NCBI RefSeq assembly: GCF_009914755.1
Contig: NC_060929.1
Length of the DNA stretch: 64,000 nucleotides
From: the human T2T-CHM13v2.0 reference genome, Homo sapiens
Direction: 5' to 3' (one strand)
Numbering within the stretch: the first letter of the stretch is position 1; each line of letters opens with the position of its first letter. Shown one piece after another: positions 51,953 through 64,000 of this stretch. Both the position numbers and the translations under genes were made by a program. The notes below the pieces were generated by a model. That model saw only the letters and a list, made by a program, of their open reading frames with translations. It made no database searches and had not been told where the DNA came from.

Positions 51953-52148
51953 AATCTCAGACCAGTGGGGCTCAGTTCATCCTACCTTCCCTGCACTTGA
52001 ACCCTAGAACCTAAGAATGAGCATCGTCTTGACCCTGCTGCCTTGAATGAGGGTCAAGGAGAGGGGTGAGTAGAAGGCCAGGGTTCCTTACAGATGCCAG
52101 ACCCTTAGGAGAGGGTTGGGGGGTGGGCAGGCCGGGAGAGCTCAGTAC

Positions 52149-52282
52149 CTTTTCTGGTAGAGGGGCAGCACAGTCGTGACCAGGATGTAGTAGGTGATGA
52201 CGGCACACACCACCATGGTTACACCCAGACAAAGGGCTCGTGTCTCTCCCCGCTTCTGGGCCATCACCAGCTTCTTCACCAT
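52149..52282 (-). CDS. KCNMB1: KCNMB1 exon 2 coding part (MVKKLVMAQKRGETRALCLGVTMVVCAVITYYILVTTVLPLYQK; N-terminus + TM1) of the BK channel beta-1 subunit
   Basis: ATG in GAATATGG context; 134 nt to donor AAG|GTACTG. The exon starts at 52306 after GACCTAG. 134+172+270 = 576 nt = 191 aa + stop. Confidence 0.97.
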
Positions 52283-52556
52283 ATTCACTGGGGGCAGTGA
52301 TCATTTCTAGGTCCACAGAAGCAAACAGAAGTGAGATCAGCCCAGTTCACAGGTGATCCACAGAAAGAGAGGACAGGTGAGAGGGGAAGGTACTCAACTA
52401 TTAATATCACTCTTGTTTATATTTGGAGCTTTGCAACTTCCAGAAGTCTTGCTTTTTGGACCCCATGTAAGCCTTCCCTGTGCAATTGAGAGGCAATTGC
52501 AGATAAAAGACCTACGGCTCAGAGAGGTAAAGTGACTTGCCCTAGGTCACACAGTA

Positions 52557-53310
52557 TGTAATAGGCTCAGTAATGGCCCCCCAAGATGTCTATGTTCTAG
52601 TCTCTGGAAGCTATCAATGTTACTTTATGTGGCAATGACTTTGCAGAAATGATTAAGATAAAGGCTCTTGAAGGCCAGGTGCGGTGGCTCATGCCTGAAA
52701 TCCCAGCACTTTCGGAGACCGAGGTGGGCGGATCATGAGGTCAGGAGATCAAGACCATCCTGGCTAACATGGTGAAACCCCATCTCTACTAAAAAAAAAA
52801 AATACAAAAAATTAGCCGGGTGTGGTCGTGGGAGCCAGTAGTCCCAGCTACAGGGGAGGCTGAGGCAGGAGAATGGCATGAACCCAGGAGGCGGAGCTTG
52901 CAGTGAGCAGAGATGCGCCACTGCACTCCAGCCTGGGCAACAAAGCAAGACTCCGTCAAAAAAAAAAACAAAAAACAAAAAAAGATAAAGGCTCTTGAAA
53001 TGGGGAGACAATATTGGATTATCCATGTAGCTCCTAAATGTAATCCCAAGGGTCCTAATAAGAGGGAAGTGAAGGGAGATTAAACAGATGAGAAAGCTAA
53101 GGTGATATGACCAGGGAGACAGCAATTAGAGTGATGTGACCACAGGCCAAGGAGTGCGTCAGAAGCTGGCGGGGGCAAGGAACAATGGCTCATCCCCCAC
53201 GGCCACTGCAGGGAGTGCAGCCTGCAGACACCTTGGTGATTTTGGACTTCTGGTGAAATTTCTGTCGTTTGAGGCCGTCAGGTTTATGATCATTTGCTAC
53301 AACAGTCATA
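52557..53310 (+). mobile_element. MLT1D-like MaLR LTR interrupted by AluY
   Basis: TAATGGCCCCCCAAGATGTC..GACTTTGCAGA..GATTAAG..GGATTATCC..AATGTAATC..GGGTCCT..CAAGGA.TGC..AGAAGCTGG. Confidence 0.75.
52673..52981 (+). mobile_element. AluY SINE with perfect 18-bp TSD
   Basis: GGATCATGAGGTCAGGAGATC and GGCGGAGCTTGCAGTGAGC diagnostics; TSD AAGATAAAGGCTCTTGAA at 52655-52672 and 52982-52999. Confidence 0.96.
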
Positions 53311-54002
53311 GGTCCCATGCGGTGAGCGAGCAGTACATGTGCATCATCCATGCACCTCCTTCCACGGCACTTATCTCACAGGGATACTTGGAGTATTTCT
53401 GCCCAGAAACAGTTCTGTGGCAGGGCTAGCTGGGCCGGGCACAGGCAGGGAAAGGAGAGGAGGGCCCCAGAAGGCAGCTGCAGGTTGTCAGGAGAGGCAG
53501 GAGGTTTACCATATTCCGGTGTTTTTTTTTTTTGTAAGGAACATTCCCCTACTTCAAGCAAAGAAAGAAGAAAGAAGGCATCATGGTGGCCTCAGCGACT
53601 GCTTTCTTATTTCAGGGCTTGAAGCCACCTGGGACAAAGCAGAATGGGCACATTCTGCTGGTGGTTGCTTTCCTTCTCTCCTCTTTCTTTAGGCAGCAAC
53701 TCCTTGTTTTTCCCCTGGACATTGACTCCACCCCAATGCAAGCAAAGATTCCACCCTCCCCTGCTAGGCTCCTGATCGCTCCCCCAGGAGTGTGAGTCTT
53801 GACAAAGACTTCAAGAAACAGCCCCTCAATCTATGCCGCCTGGAGCCACAGAGATGCCCAGCCATGGTCCCCGCGTGATTTCCCATGGTTCCGCAAGCTG
53901 TCCTAGAGCCTCTGGTAAATTTATTTGCTGTTGTTTTTATTTGTTTAAAGTAACCAGAGTCCATTTCTACCAAAAATACCAGGAAGCTATCAATGTAATC
54001 CT

Positions 54003-54012
54003 CCATTTTAGG
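54003..54012. promoter_or_regulatory. KCNMB1: Perfect CArG box CCATTTTAGG in KCNMB1 intron 1
   Basis: Matches CC(A/T)6GG; KCNMB1 is a smooth-muscle gene described as an SRF/myocardin target. Confidence 0.55.
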
Positions 54013-56093
54013 GGAAATTTTAGGGGAATTTAGGGGAAATTTTAGCCAGATATCAGGGGGACTTTATTCTCCTTGCCAGGTCCCTAAAGTAATAAACATA
54101 TTATGGTTTTTGTTTGTTTAATTAGCCAGTGTCCGGGTGACAGGCCTTAGTCCAAAGAGATTTTCTGCAAAGTGCTCTATTTTCTGCTCAGGCGTCTCTT
54201 AACTACTAGACTGTTTCAAATATTCAGAGATTCTTGACTCCCTCCCCTTAGCCAGGCTGCCCTCATACCCGGGCATCTCCGCTAAAGGGAAGAGACCAGG
54301 GTCAGGCACCACGGATACCCATCACACCTTCCCAGTGAGCTGGTCCACCTCCCCTATCGATCGGCAGAGGTGACATCCAATGACAACTTTTTCTCCTTTA
54401 TTTGGCACCAGGAGGTGAGTTTCTCCTGCATTCTAATGGAGACATTATAAAAGCACAAGCAAGCAGAAATTGCCCCCGACAAAGAGAGATGTTTTATTCA
54501 ACTCTTTTTATTCAATCCTTTTCCTCCTGTTCTGTGATCTTGTGGGAATGGGAGAGCCCATGCCTTTTTCTACCTGGCGTCAGTTGAACAAGACTCTCCA
54601 TGTATTCACAGGTAAAGCAACAGAATCACCTGGAGGTAAGCTAAAAGCCCCAACAGCCTGCTTCCCCAGGACCTGCAAGGGTCACTGGCACTTGGCCCCA
54701 CCCCAGATACTGTGAGACATAAATCATTTGAAGCCAATGGGAAATCCCATCTTGGAAGCCTAGGGCTGAGTGCCCACAACAAAGCCATTTCTCTCCTGGG
54801 GGAACTGGATCGCACCTGTGGGGGCTTCCTGTGGCTCCTTCCTGGCTAATCAGCCCCCCCCAGCGCCCAGGGCCATGGCCTCCTCTGCTATTTGGCTTCT
54901 AGTGCCCTCTCAGGCCCCTGGGCACTCCTGAGGCTGGTGAAGGCAGGAACCTGGTTTTACCAGTTTTAGGAGCTCAGAAGGAAAGGAAAGGAGAGGCTTC
55001 CCTGTCACAGAGAAGTCTGGAAACTTGGCTTATTCAGGTCTGACCCGTCTCTAATGGTCTGATGAGATTGTTGCCTGCACTGAGTGAGTTTATAGAGTCA
55101 TGATAAATCCTCCTAAGACCATGCGTGGGGTTCAGTGTAGATATGACTTCAGCAAGAAGTTAGTATTCAGCATCCAAAGGGAGAACCTTTGGCGGGAGGA
55201 AGGATGGGAACTGTCAATATCCCCCAAGGGACAGAAAGAAAAGGAAGAAGTGGGTTTCAGCTATCATAGGAGGGATTTCAGTTAGACTGTAAGAAGAACT
55301 TCCCAGTTTTGAGCATTTCTAAATATCTCTGAAGTTCCAGGATATATCTTCCCATTTAGAAAGGTCACTTGAGATCTGGGATAGATTCAGAGAAGATGGA
55401 GAAGGACAAAGGAAGGCAGGACTTTGGAGTGTCCTGGGTGACCTGATAGCTGGGTCGACATCCTTTTCCTTAGAAGGACAAGGAATAGAGTACATTGTTG
55501 AACAGTTTGGTGGGGTGTGGACAGGGCGATTCTGAGGTCCTCAGACATGGAATCAAATCCTGGCTCTGCCACTTACACTTAGCAACCACATGACTGTGAA
55601 ACGAGAACCATGGTACCTGCCTCAGAGAGTTCAGCTAAAGATCAAATGCCATATTGAGTATCAGACATGTATCATAGCACCTAGCCCCAAATCAGCCCCC
55701 AGTAAATATTAGCTATTACTACTAACGAAGGAAACCCTGAAAGTTTGGAGCAGAAGTCTGGACCCCTCTTGATGAATCTATTTTTGTCCCACCTCTCTAC
55801 CGGTGACAAGTGCCAGCATTGGTGTTAATCTCCAGGCTGCAGCCTTCTGGCCACTCTGAGAACTGGGACCTAGAGGGCCAGGGCGCTTACTACCAGAGTA
55901 ACCTGGCCACTGTGCCACCCTCCCCACTGGCCACCAGACCACGGGCCCTCCATCCAGAAGGACAGCCCCGAGAGGAAGGGAGTCCTCCTGCCTGCCTCCC
56001 TCCCTGCCCCGTGGCAGGCTGCTTTCCCCAGTCTCCCTCCAGCCCGGTCTTCAGAGAAATCACTTCCCAAGTGCTTTCAGGCCCGGTACTCAC

Positions 56094-56470
56094 AGTCTTC
56101 CCGGCGTCCTGTGGGTCTTGAGCAGCAGACGGTTTCTTTCTGCCTGGACCCCCGCCCCCACCCCAAAAGAGGCCACAGAGCTTCAGCAGGAAGTTTGGCC
56201 TCCCCGCCCGTCTCCAGGGAAGCAGCTTTTGGTCCCCATCTGGGGCAAGCCTCCATGCCCAAACATGGTCAAGTCTGAGCACACAGCCTGGAGACACAGA
56301 CTCGGAGAGCAGGTACCCAGCCCTGAGGAAGGCAGCTGTTACCCAAGCCCTGCACCTCCATCTTCCCAGAGTCTCGTGGGAAACAGATTTCAAACGACAA
56401 CAGACAGCAAGACTGAGAAACTACGAAAGATCAGCCTGGTATATTTGGAAATATTTCTTCTTCTCTCTGT
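56094..56470 (-). other. KCNMB1: KCNMB1 non-coding exon 1 / proximal promoter (upper boundary uncertain)
   Basis: Strong donor GAAGACT|GTGAGT at 56094/56093 on the - strand; GC-rich and repeat-free; CArG-like CCAAAAGAGG (56163-56172) and CCAAACATGG (56259-56268). Confidence 0.75.
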
Positions 56471-57004
56471 CTCTGTGGGCTGGCAAAGATGCCAGAAATA
56501 GGAAATGATTCTCCTTTTGTTGGCATGAGGAAGGGTGGAGTTGGGCTGGAGGGGTTGGGCTTGTCACTAGTCCCTGGCATATCCACGCTGGAGCAGCTAC
56601 AGCTCCCTGCCTTTGGCACTTACGTGCTGTGTGACCCTGAGCAAGTTATGGCACCTCTCTGGGCCTCAGTTTCCTTTTTTGTTTTTGGTTTTACTCCCAA
56701 ACTTATCGTTAAATGACCTCAGTTTTCTCACTTGTGTTACTGGCATTTTTAAAACCTACTTTGCTTTAGGGTAGTGATGGGAGTTAGAGACGGTGGGGAT
56801 TTATGGCGAGGGGAGAGAACTGACTTTTTAAGGACCAACTGAGCTGAAGCTGGGAGTAGTGAGAGCTCCAAGACTGCTTCCAACCAGGTCCAGGGACAGT
56901 CTGCTCACCAGGGGCCCTCCCAGAGACCGCGAAAGTACAGAGATTTCTTCCTAGCAATAAGACAAGTGAATGTCAGCATTTGCAGGCAAAAAAACATGCT
57001 TTTA

Positions 57005-57460
<456 letters not shown>

Positions 57461-58699
57461 TCACTTGACCCAAGAATCAAAGAACCTGAAACTGAGACTT
57501 GGAGGCTTGAAGTCACTGGTGCAACCCTAGGGGCCAGAACTAGATTCGAAGCTGGCCCTTCCAGATGGCACAGCTTGGTCTGTCTCTGCTGACCCTGGGG
57601 CTGCTCTGAGACATTAAAAATCACCTCGATCATACAGTAAGCTGCCACCTGAGGCTCTGGAGGTCACCCTGAGTTTCCCCAGCCCCCAGGGAGGTGGGTG
57701 CAGCCTGGCCTTCCCTGCTGAGCGAGCTCACCACCTTCCTCCCTCCTGCCTCCAGCAGGCGCGAAATGAAGGCAGCCACTCAGGCCTCCCTGACACACTC
57801 TCAGGCGGTGAGTGCCCTTCTCCACCCCTTTCCTAATTGAATCTTATTAACAGGAGACTACAGTGTCTGTTTAATGGGCACCATAGCACCAGAGGGTCTA
57901 AGACCAGCTTCAGACCTTGCAGGCAGATTGACAGAGGGATGTAGGACCTGGAATTCAATCTCAGAAGAGCAATTTTCCAAGGATGATCCTCTGTCCACTC
58001 AGAAGCAGGAAAAGTCCTCCTGGGGCTAATCCAGAAATGCCAGGCCCCCCTCCTGCTTCCCTGGGGGAGAGATACACAGTGCAACAGGCTGCCATTTATG
58101 AGTATAACCGAAGGGCTCCTTGCTCGTGATACTCTGAATAAGTTATTAAGGGCTACATATTATTTGGAAATCATAAACAAACTTTAGCATTCTTCCCAAG
58201 GGAAGGTGGGAACAAACAGGGAAGGGGGGCCGTGGGGTCTTCTGCTCCCCCTAAATGAGCCACAACCAAAAGGCATTGACAAGCCCTGTCCTCGAGGGTT
58301 TGTGGGTGAAAACCCAGGTCCTTTGCTGGCTGCGGGGTTGTGTGTGACAGATGGCTACAGGTGGAGGGCAAGAAAATAACAATGCTGCAACAATAAATGT
58401 TGACGGTTTGCATTAGTACGGGGTGTCAGAGATCACAAAATATCTTCTCTGACTCTTCCAACAGCTTCTTAAGGTACTAGCACAATAGGCTCACAATAGA
58501 CCACTGAGGTGGAGATTTTTCTACCCATTTGATAGAGGGAGTAACTGAGCCTCAGAGAGGTGAAATAAATTGCCCAAGCAAGTTACTTTGCCTCTCTAAG
58601 CTTCAGTTTGTCTGTCTCTAAAATAGAGATAATTATACCTAGCCCCTCAGTGTTTTTGAGGAATGAGAGATCACCTAAGCTACCTGACACATAGTATGG

Positions 58700-59243
58700 A
58701 GATTGTCCTTTCCAAAGATGGTCACACCAAATACTTCCCATTCCATGTGCCCTTTTCACAGTGTGGCATCAACACTCCACCATCAAGAGGGGCATTGATG
58801 TCTCTTCCCCTTCACCCTGGGTGGAGCTTCGTAAGGGCCTCAATAGTAGAATATGGTAGAAGGACACAGCACGATGTTCAAGGCTAAGTCATAGACGGGG
58901 GCTCGAGTTCCCCCCACACGCTCTCGGGACATGTACCTGGGAACCAGCCACCATGTTGTAGGAAGCCGAGGCCCCGTGCTCCAGCTGACAGCCTCAGCTC
59001 AGATCTCAGCCAACAGCTAGCAAATCTCACCGGGCATGGGAGAGAACAAGCCTGCAGACAGTTCCAGCCCCCAGCCTGCCAGCCTCCCAGCTGAGGCCTC
59101 AGAGAATGTGGAGCAGAGACAGCCCACCTGCTCTGTGCTCTCTCTGAATTCCAGAGCCACAAAATCCACGAGAAGAAAAAAACTAATGTTTCATGCCCCT
59201 GCGTTTTGGGGTAATTTGTTATGCAGTCATAGTAACTGGAACA
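58700..59243 (+). mobile_element. Old MLT1 (MLT1H/F-like) LTR
   Basis: CCAAAGATGG..CTCCACCATCAAGAGG..GGAACCAGCCACCATG..GGAAGCC..TTTTGGGGTAATTTGTTATGCAG..TAACTGGAACA. Confidence 0.7.
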
Positions 59244-59374
59244 CACTTGCAAGTGATTTCAAAGGGGGACTGTTACAGTTGCTGGTGATAGTGGTAGGAT
59301 TAAACCAGTGAGAATTAAAACACCTGAGATTGCTATATGGAGTGTTACAGGAGAGTTTAGAAATGCTTTATCTA

Positions 59375-59680
59375 GGTAGGGCATGGTGGCTCATGCCTGT
59401 AATCCTAGCACTTTTCGAGACCAAGGCAGGCGGTTCATTTGAGGCCAGTAGTTCGAGACCAGCCTGGCCAACATGGCGAAACCCCGTTTCTACTAAAAAT
59501 ACAAAAATTAGCTGGGCACGATGGCAGGTGCCTATAATCCCAGCTATTCTGGGAAGCCGAGGCATGAAAATCACTTGAATCCAGGAGGCGGAGGTCGCAG
59601 TGAGCTGAGATTGAGCCACTGTACTCCAGCCTGGGCGACAGAGTGAGACTCCATCTAAACCAAAACAAACAAACAAAAAA
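59375..59680 (+). mobile_element. Alu SINE (AluS-like)
   Basis: Forward Alu; TSD AA(A/G)TGCTTTATCTA. Confidence 0.93.
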
Positions 59681-61429
59681 AGTGCTTTATCTACTCTTAG
59701 GTCACACACTATGGCACAAATGGAATAGAAGGGCAGTGATATGGGAGGGTATTTTTGTTTATGAAGCACCTACTATGTACCAGGGAATGACCACATAGAT
59801 ATGCAATACATACACATACACATACACATGGACATTCCTCTCCACAATCCCCCACAAAAGGCCTTGTTCTTTCTGTAAAAGCACAAGGCAAAGTGATTTT
59901 CCCAAGGTCACGCCCCTAGCGTGTGATGTGATGGAGCCTGGAGTGCACCTGTGCCCGCTGACTCCACAGCCCGTCCCTGCCCCTCTGTCACCCCATGACT
60001 CCCTTGGGAGCAGTTTTCAAGAGACCCCAGGTTTCTTCATGATGTCTGCTTCCACTGCTTTCCAGACACCCTCAGCTCAGTCTGTACCCCTCTCTGGATT
60101 ATGCACCTGCTTGTTTATTTAAGTCTTTCTGAATCAATATCTCCTCTCTGCTGACACTTGGGATAATAAGTCCCATAAATCAAATTGGCAACTGAGTCTT
60201 GAGCCCCTGTGTGTGCCTCTCTGAGTGCTGCAGGGATGGGTGTTAGTCACTCTCAGTCCTAGCGAAGCTGTGCGTTCACAGACATCCCAGCACTTGCTAT
60301 GCAGAGGCTCTGGATACACCACTGTGCCGAGGTGACTCAGACACGGTCCCTTCACTGCAGAAAAGCGATGCCAGATTTCCTCAACTACAAAAATACAGAA
60401 CAGAAAGTGAAAGATGTGTTTTAAATGAGAGACAGTAATAAAAGGCAGAGGAAATAACGGTGGGAGGTTTTTTAGTAGAGTTGAGATGACAAAGTATAAC
60501 AACAGCAAAAGTAAATGCCGATATTACAATTAAATGGTCACACAACAAGACACGACAAAAAACATGGTAAAGTTGTTCCCTGCTGTGTAGGGTGATACTC
60601 ACTCCTTTTTCCTCTGACTCTTTTCACCATATTTTCCCTTGGCCTGATTTTTCTTCCTTTATCCTGCCATGCTGTTAACATAATTGTAAGCACCTTGAAA
60701 ATCCTCTTTGAGACAAAGAGGAGCATAAATAAATAAACAGCCCTGCTGTCTGTCTGTGTGGTAAGGTTGGTTTTTTTAAAAAAATGCTTTTTCCTTAGTG
60801 CAAATCATCCCAGCTCTGTGGGAAAGTGGCATGATGTGGAAGTGCAGGGAGAAGATGAGGTACAGTGTTAGCCTCACTGCTCAGAGAGAGTTGCTGTAAG
60901 AGTGGTGGTGGCCTTTTCAACACACATAAAGGAAGCATGTGCCCTCTCCTTCCATGGCACATGTCTCCTCTGTCCTTGCCTCCTGGCCAGCTCTTCCTCT
61001 TCCACAGGACTCCCCGCTGGGGCCTTCCCTCGCCCCCAGCCCCTTAGCCACTCTCCGCGCCTCCTGGGCCAGGCGGAAGCTCTGCTTCCGCATGCTGGGA
61101 GCACCGCATGCCTCTTCTGCAGAACACTTCCTCCGCCTGTAATTTAACATTTATTCATGTGCATCCTCCATTAACATGTCTCCTAACCCAAGGGTAAGCT
61201 CTCTAAAATCAGGGACTGGAACCGTTCTTATTCACTGCCGCATCTCTAGCGCCAGGAGGAATAAACAAAGATCTTGCGGTTTTGTTGTCATCGTGCTTTG
61301 GTTTTCGGGAAAAAAAATCTCTCGCTTTTTTACATAACAGAATATTATAATCATTTTCCCATGCCATGAAACATTTTTCTTCTTTAAACTGATATATTAT
61401 AGTTTCACAGTTGTACATAAAACACTTTT

Positions 61430-62197
61430 CTTTCTTGAATTTTAATTATAGATTCGGGGGATACACGTGCAGGTTTGTTGTGAGGGTGTAATGCGTGATG
61501 CTGACGTTTGAGCTTCTATTGATCCCATCACTGATAGAGTGAACATAGTACCCAAAAAGAAGATTTTCAGCCTTTGCCCCACTCCCTCCTTCCTTTTGGA
61601 GTCCCCAGTATCTATTATTCCTGTCTTTATGTCTGTGTCTACCCGGGGATTAGCTCCCACTTAGAAGTGAGAACATGTGATATTTGGTTTTCTGTTTCCG
61701 CATTAATTTGCTTAGCATAATGGCCTCCAGCTGTATCCATCTTGCTGTAAAGGACATGATTTCATCCTTTGTTATGGCTGTGTAATATTCCAAGGTGTAT
61801 ACGTAGCACACTGTCTTTATCTAATCTGCTGTTGTTGGGCACCAAGGTTGTTTCCACACCTTTGCTATTGTGAATAGTGCGGCAATAAATGTACAAGTGC
61901 AGGTCTCTTTATGGTAGAATACTTTATTTTCCTTTGTGTATGCATCCAGCAGTGGGATTGCTGGGTCAAATGATGGTTCTATTTTTAGTTATTTAAGAAA
62001 TCTCCAAAGTGCTTTCCACAGGGGCTAAATTAATTTATATTTCCACCAACAGTGTAAAAGCATTCCCTTTTCTCTGCAGCCTTGCCAGCATCTGTTATTT
62101 TTTTACTTTTTAGTAATAGCTATTCTGACTGGTACGAGGTGACATCTCATTGTGGTTTAATTTGCATTTCTCTGATGATTAGTGATGCTGAGCATTT
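61430..62197 (-). mobile_element. L1PA15/16-like LINE 3' end, 5'-truncated
   Basis: GGGGGATACACGTGCAGGTTTGTT..TAGCTCCCACTT..GTGAGAACATG..TTTGCATTTCTCTGATGATTAGTGATG; flanks AAAACA(C/T)TTTTCT. Confidence 0.85.
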
Positions 62198-62769
62198 CAA
62201 AAACATTTTTCTAGAAAGGCTATACAGTTTTCTAGGTTATGGCTAAGTCGGGATAGATTTCATCAAAGCCATGTTGTCAGATATTTAAGAAGGGTACTTG
62301 CTTCCCTGCATGCTTGTTTGTGTTTAGCGGAAGGCAGAGTCCGCCTCTGCTATGGGCAGACCTGTTTTATTCTCTACCCCTGAACCACACCCATGCCCAG
62401 ATGTCATTTTTCATGAATGGACAGGTATAAGGGAGACTGTATCTATAAGCACAAAGTTTGGGGACCAGAACAGGTGGATAGAGATGGCAACATCATAGAA
62501 GTGGGAGATGGTGACAGGTTGGCAATTGCTCAACCCTGTCCCAGGCCTGACTTGAGCCTTAGTGAGTGAGAGAGAGCAAGAGAGAGAAAGCTGTTGTTAG
62601 GGCTTGTGGGACTCAGAACACAAGAAATGCCACTTTGGGACCTACGAAGAGGGTGTTTCCACTTCTGCTTAGCTGTGGCCTTGGGCAGTGGCCCTGACAG
62701 ATAATGGCCATCATTATCATCTAAAATAGCTGCAGCAAAGGTAGACTCCTGTGTGAATCGGTGTCCCTA

Positions 62770-62945
62770 GGTGTGCTGCAGCTGGCTCACACTGGCACCG
62801 TGAGAGCCTTTGCAAGCCAAGTGTTCAACCATCAGGAGCTGAAAATCCACCACAGTGATGGGAGTAGCTATACTGTGGAAATCTACAAACAATACACATC
62901 AGGGCTTTTGTCTTTTTGGAGAGCTGTTTTGCCAGCACACCACTT
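62770..62945. mobile_element. MER63-like hAT MITE
   Basis: GTGTGCTG..GCTGGCTC..GAGAGCC start and CCAGCACACCACT end form inverted termini. Confidence 0.6.
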
Positions 62946-63184
62946 TAGAGGATACACTTCAACTGGGAAACCTGAGGAGGTATTAGGAATGAAGGTGTGG
63001 ACAGGTTATAGGAAACCACAGGGAACAGTGACCTAGGGGCTCGCAATGTTGGTTGAGGGCTGAGGGAAGGGAGCTCTGTCCAGGATCAGCAGGAGAATCT
63101 TCTTGAGAGGGGATGCTCCCAGCCTGGGGAGACCCTCAGGGAAGGAACTGGGGAATGGACTGCTATGCTCACTCTCCTGGAATG

Positions 63185-64000
63185 TGTTGATGAAAAAGCC
63201 AAACTCTGCAAATTATTTGAAGAGATTTGTTCTGAGCCAAATGTGAGGACCATGACCTGTGACAAGGCTTCAGAAAGTTCTGAGAACATGTGTCCATGGT
63301 GGTTGAATTACAGCTTGATTTTATAAATGTTAAGGAGACAGAAGCTACAGGCAGACATCAATGAATACACATAAGATTTACATTGGTTCAGCCCAGAAAG
63401 GCAGGACATCTCAAATGGGGATGGATTCAAAGATTTCCTGGTGGATTCAAAGATTCAAAGGTGGATTCAAAGATTTCCTGAATAGCAATTGGTTGAAATA
63501 ATTAAGTTTTGCCTAAAGAGTTGAAGTCAACAGAAAGAACCACGAAGGGGGGTTATGGAAACTAAGGTTATTATTATATAGATGAAGCCTCCAGGTAGCA
63601 GGCTTCAGAAAGAATAAATGATAAATGTCTCTTACCAGAACTTAGAAGGTCTGATTAGACTCTTAGTTAAATCTCTCTGGGATGAGAAAAAGACTTAGAA
63701 AGGGAAGGGGAGTCTCTGCAGAATGTAGATTTTCCCCACAAATGACAACTTTGCAGGACTATTTCAAAATATGTCAAATAAATATAGTTTGGGGTTAAAA
63801 TACTTGTTTCTTTCAGAGCCTGCTATCTGTCATGTGATGCTATACTACAGTCAGGTTGGAATTTGGTATTTATTACTACAAAGAGTCTGTTTGTCATCTT
63901 AAGACCTCTGTTTTAATGTTAATGCTGGTAAGTTGTGCCTGAATACCAAAGGGAGGAAGGTATTTTATTAAGAGGCATGTCCAACATCCCCTCCCCATTA
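63185..64000 (-). mobile_element. MER4-family LTR (MER4D1/E-like), runs off the window
   Basis: TGTTGATGAAAAAGCCAAACTCTG..CTGAGAACATGTG..; colinear with 10518-11410, e.g. the shared CCTGCTATCTGTCATGTGATGCTA..GTCAGGTTGGAATTTGGTAT. Confidence 0.85.

Overview
This is primate genomic DNA (human or a near-identical great ape), recognisable from its encoded peptides as the KCNIP1/KCNMB1 locus (human 5q35.1). On the + strand lies an alternative first coding exon of KCNIP1 (KChIP1), 20720-20807, encoding MSGCSKRCKLGFVKFAQTIFKLITGTLSK. The intron that follows runs off the right end of the window. Nested antisense in that intron is the whole KCNMB1 gene (BK channel beta-1): a non-coding exon 1 ending at 56094 and coding exons at 52282-52149, 50685-50514 and 45808-45539. 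These total 576 nt (191 aa plus stop) with GT-AG junctions, and there are proximal and distal AATAAA signals. The rest is non-coding and rich in repeats: 14 Alus, L1/L2/MIR fragments, MER4, MLT1 and MER21 LTRs, and Tigger/Charlie/MER5/MER63 DNA elements. Repeat subfamily calls come from remembered consensus sequences, so they are approximate. Almost all ORFs in the supplied track are spurious. I found no convincing new biological system. The best leads are: overlapping uORFs at both genes, identical weak GTACTG donors on KCNMB1 exons 2 and 3, an unexplained 171-bp direct duplication, perfect CArG/MARE/PU.1 motifs, a candidate + strand cassette exon, a 27-bp VNTR in the long 3' UTR, and a twin-primed inverted L1.
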